DNA from: the human T2T-CHM13v2.0 reference genome, Homo sapiens
Assembly (NCBI RefSeq): GCF_009914755.1
Contig: NC_060929.1
Reading direction: 5' to 3' (one strand)
DNA length: 64,000 nt
The translations under genes and the position numbers were made by a program. Shown piece by piece: positions 59,421-64,000 of the stretch. Within the stretch, counting starts at the first letter, position 1. Each line of letters begins with the position of its first letter. Under the pieces are notes generated by a model. The model ran no database searches and was not told the DNA's origin. It saw only the letters and a program-made list of their open reading frames with translations.

Positions 59421-60467
59421 AACAACAACCATAAAAAAGAAAATAAAAAGGTGAAAACGTCTGTCAAAGTATTTTTATGTAATTAAACTTATTTTATATT
59501 TATTCACTAAAACGCTGAAGGAACTAAAACATTCAGGACTCAGAACTTGATTCTTTTGTATATTAATTTTGTGTTGAAGTTCAGTGATAGGAGTCTTCAT
59601 TTTTCTTATTTTCATCTCTTTGAAGAAAAATGACACTTTATAATTTTGTGAGCAGGGCTATTTGTCTTGATATGATTTTATACTCTATTTTAAAAATGGC
59701 ATAGAGTACATTTCATAGTGCCCTTGTAGCCAGTTTCGCGTGGTACTGAACCAAGTCTTTATATAGCACTACTCTTCTAAGGAACATGATATTCTTTACC
59801 AACGTTCAACTCACTAATCTTTATGATGTCCCTGGCATTTCAACAGACATCAAGAATTTTCATTCCTTCCTTGCAAATAAAGAAACTCAATCTTAAAGTA
59901 GTTAAGTCTGTTTCCAAGAATTTTACAAAGTAGATCAATGCCATTCTCTTTAATCTACTAGAAACCTCAGACTCCAACTGAAAAAAAAAGTGTTTTCTTT
60001 TTCAGATTCATAGTCATACCCATTTAACCCATTTTGAAAGCCTCCTATGGGTTGAGTACTACGTAAGTTATTTTGTTTAATCCTCAGGAATTCTCTAGTC
60101 TTTGATCTATTTATATGATGATTAATGACATTAATTTAGTTGTACTGTAATGCATCAGTAAATTTGTTTTTTCATCTTAGGAGCAGAAGCCCTGAACCTT
60201 TTTTCTTCACTTTTTATTGAAAGTGAGTTGCATTTACAGAAAAAGTAAATGCAAAAATTTTAAGCGTACAGCTAAAAGACACGATTGCTAAGACGAAATG
60301 TTAATTCTTATCTGAGAAAAATAATTTTTCATTTACGTGTGTTTTCAAAAATTGTAGTAACTTCACAAAAAGCCTTAATTTTTTACTATTTTTAAAATTA
60401 TAATGCCTAAAATGTTTTGCTCAGGGATTTGAGGCAATAACCACCATTTTAAGCTGGTTTCTCTAGT

Positions 60468-60502
60468 TGCAAGACCAGAAGGGGAACCACTAGGGGGCGT
60501 GC
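60468..60502 (+). promoter_or_regulatory. Candidate CTCF site
   Basis: CCACTAGGGGGCG core (60487-99), with TGCAAGACC 19 nt upstream of the core start. Confidence 0.7.
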
Positions 60503-61029
60503 AAAACTGTCATTTCCAAAAGTATTCTGCAATTACTGAATCGGAATTTTAGAGAGGGAAGTGACCTGGAGGTCATCAAATCAGAACTTCATATTTTTTG
60601 GACATAAAAACTGAGATCCCATGAGATTACCTGATTTGCCCAAGATCACACAGCCATCTGTAAATCTATAAGAGGCACTTTAGAGGGCAAGCTTTTTTTG
60701 TACCTGTCCAGCTCATATTCTTCCTGGTAGTAGTGAGATTTCAGTTCTTTCTATAATATCACTTGTCGAATATTTACCATCACTTGGTAAACCACTTCAC
60801 TGAATTTCCCATCCTTCCAGATTTTGCTTCCTAGGTGGAAAAACCTAGAGACTTGTTTTAAGTGTCTTGGAATGTCTTCTTATGGGGCTGGTGATAATAA
60901 TAATATTTTGAAGCCAAAACAGTAAGCACAGCATAAGCACTCCCTATTATATCATTATTCAGCAAGGAAATCATCATCATCTTAAATACATGTTCTGTGA
61001 ATACGGTAGTTTGGAATTGCTTTGAATTT

Positions 61030-61328
61030 TTATTTTTCATTGATTGATTGATTGATTGAGATGAAGTCTCACTCTGTCACCCAGGCTGGAGCGATCTCGG
61101 CTCATTGCAGCCTCTGCCTCCCTGTTCAAGGGAATTCCCCTGCCTCAGCCTCCTGAATAGTTGGGACTACAGGTGCACAGCACCACGCCCTGCTAATTTT
61201 TGTATTTTTTTTAGTAGAGATGGGGTTTCATCATGTTGGCTAGGTTCAAACTCCTGACCTCAGGTGATCCATCTGCCTCGGCCTCCCAAAGTGCTGGGAT
61301 TACAGGTGTGGGCCACCACGCCTAGCCT
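61030..61328 (-). mobile_element. AluS
   Basis: Reverse Alu with (ATTG)n tail. Confidence 0.9.
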
Positions 61329-61361
61329 GATTTTTTAATATAACTATTTTCCCCATGGATA

Positions 61362-61507
61362 TTCTCTCCTCCCTCCCTCCCTCCCTCACTCCTTTCCTCC
61401 CTTCCTTCCTTCCTTCCTTCTCCTTCCTTCCTTCTTTCCTCCCTTCCTTCCTTCTTTCCTTCCTTCCTTCCACCACATACAATCATTCCCAATTTCTTTC
61501 TTTCTTT

Positions 61508-61560
<53 letters not shown>

Positions 61561-61580
61561 TTTCTCTTCTTTCTTTCTTT
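61362..61580. repeat. Polypyrimidine (CCCT/CCTT)n and (CTTT)n tracts
   Basis: Read directly from the sequence. Confidence 0.95.
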
Positions 61581-61589
61581 GTCTCTATT

Positions 61590-62470
61590 AGCAAGTAAAA
61601 ACTGTATATATTTATGGTATACTACATGATGTATTGATAGACATATACATTATGGAATGACAAAATCAATCTATTTAACATAGGCATTAGCTCACATACT
61701 TACATTTTTGTGGTGAGACACTTAAAATCTACTCTCTTAGCAGTTTTCAAATCCACAATGGATTGTTACTAACTGTAGTCACCATTATGTACAATAGGTC
61801 TCTTATACTTTTTCCTCCTGTCTAACTGAAACTAATCTATTTAGATGATAATTAAACTCTCCACTTCTAGGTTTATACCCCAGAGAAACTTGTGCACATG
61901 GACACCAAGAAATGTAAATAAAAATGTTTACAGCAGCATTGTCCATGAAGAGACAAAACACTGTAAATAGACCATTTGTCCTTCAACAGTAGAATGCATA
62001 ACTAAATTGTGGTCTACTCATGCAATGGAATATTACAGACTAGCAAAAGTGAATGTTACAGCTTCATATATCAATGGTTGATGAATCTCAGTAATGTTGA
62101 ACAAAAAAGCAAATCACACAAACCTAAATATGTGTGATTGCATTTATATAAATTGCAAATCAAGTAAAATTAGATAACATATTTCTTAAGGACACACATA
62201 TATTATAAAACAATAAAAGCAAAGAATGACTAAGAAAGTTTCAATGTATGGTTACCTAGGGGTAGGCAGGAAAAGGGACATAATTAGAGGCATAAAGGAA
62301 ACTTCTGAGGTACTGGTAATATTCTATGTCTTAAGATGGATGATAGGTACATAGCTATTCTTTTATTATTCTTCTTTATTTTTCTTTTTAAAATGGCACA
62401 TACACATATATACACCCTTATGGTGGTATGATATATTTCACAGTAAGAAAGTTTCAATAAGAAAAAACTA
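61590..62470. mobile_element. L1MA-like 3' end (-) ~61590-61830 abutting an older L1M 3' fragment (+) ~61855-62470
   Basis: 'cttaaaatctactctcttagcagttttcaa' and 'ccacttctaggtttataccccagagaaac' motifs. Confidence 0.7.
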
Positions 62471-62641
62471 ATAATTTCTGAATTAACTTGAAAATTCTAT
62501 ATTGCAGTTGCAAAAAAAACATTTTAAATAACTTTTTCATTTAGAATCAAAGCCTGGTTTTAACTTCTATCTCAGAACATACTGGGAATTAAACATAGTA
62601 TAAAATATTGCAATAAGGACCATGTTTTTGAGAAGTATGGG

Positions 62642-63510
<869 letters not shown>

Positions 63511-63585
63511 AAGAAACAGAGAATTGCTTCACTCTTCAGCCACAAGGTCTCAACTTTGCTCTTCCAGATTTTAACAAAATACTAG

Positions 63586-64000
63586 TGAGGACTAAGCTCT
63601 GATTTTTTTTACCTTGCCCAAATTCCTATCTAAGGGGTCTAGGGAGTCATGCCCTGCAAACCATAAATTCTCATCAGATGAGTTTTATTTGACCCTATAT
63701 ATTGTGACTGACTTTTGAATCTGATTCTGGCATAACATTATGAGACAAGAAAAAAAATCAAAATATTTAACCCCAAAATATATTTCCTTGCCATTCCTTG
63801 AAATTTCCCTGCAAAGTCTCTTGTGGGGAAAATCCAAATCCTATAGAGAATCCCCTTTCCCCTTTGTTTTCTTTCCTTCCTTTCCAGATCCAGGAAATAA
63901 TCAACTAAGAGCCAGGTACCCTTTTAGGTCCGATAAGAAACATTTTACAACCTGCTCTCTCTCTGAAGTCTGCTATCTGAGAGCTTCCTCTGCACAATAA
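63586..64000 (+). mobile_element. MER4-group (MER4D-like) ERV1 LTR, cut off by the window edge
   Basis: Starts TGAGGACTAAGCTCTGATTTTTTT..CTTGCCCAAATTCCTATCTAAGGGGTCT, the recalled MER4D 5' end. Confidence 0.75.

Overview
Human (primate) genomic DNA, dense in Alu and older repeats. The only protein-coding gene I can support is HOMER1 on the minus strand. Its CpG-island promoter lies at ~17.3-19.0 kb, with a TATA-like box, four clustered CRE-like sites and an ETS site. A long GC-rich exon 1 ends in the 5-nt coding stub ATGGG|gtaagg (16949-16953), and bases 1-16948 are the proximal part of intron 1. The gene call rests on my recollection of the HOMER1 start context and exon layout, not on an alignment. 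The ~45 kb to the right looks intergenic. Retrocopies with target-site duplications (TSDs): RPL29 (14.6-15.2 kb), RPL7A (33.5-34.3 kb) and a Y3 RNA (39.0 kb). There are also about 50 Alu copies or fragments, two Tigger2-family elements, hAT MITEs, solo LTRs and L1/L2/MIR remnants. Nearly all ORFs in the track are Alu or low-complexity artefacts. Nothing here supports a new multi-gene system. Best leads: (1) an AluY whose TSD also encloses an extra 60-nt segment and a second poly(A), a candidate Alu 3' transduction or chimera; (2) the HOMER1 leader, with at least 10 upstream ATGs and an 18-bp inverted repeat overlapping a G-quadruplex motif; (3) several templated-duplication scars. Repeat subfamily names come from memory of consensus sequences, and boundaries without a TSD are approximate.
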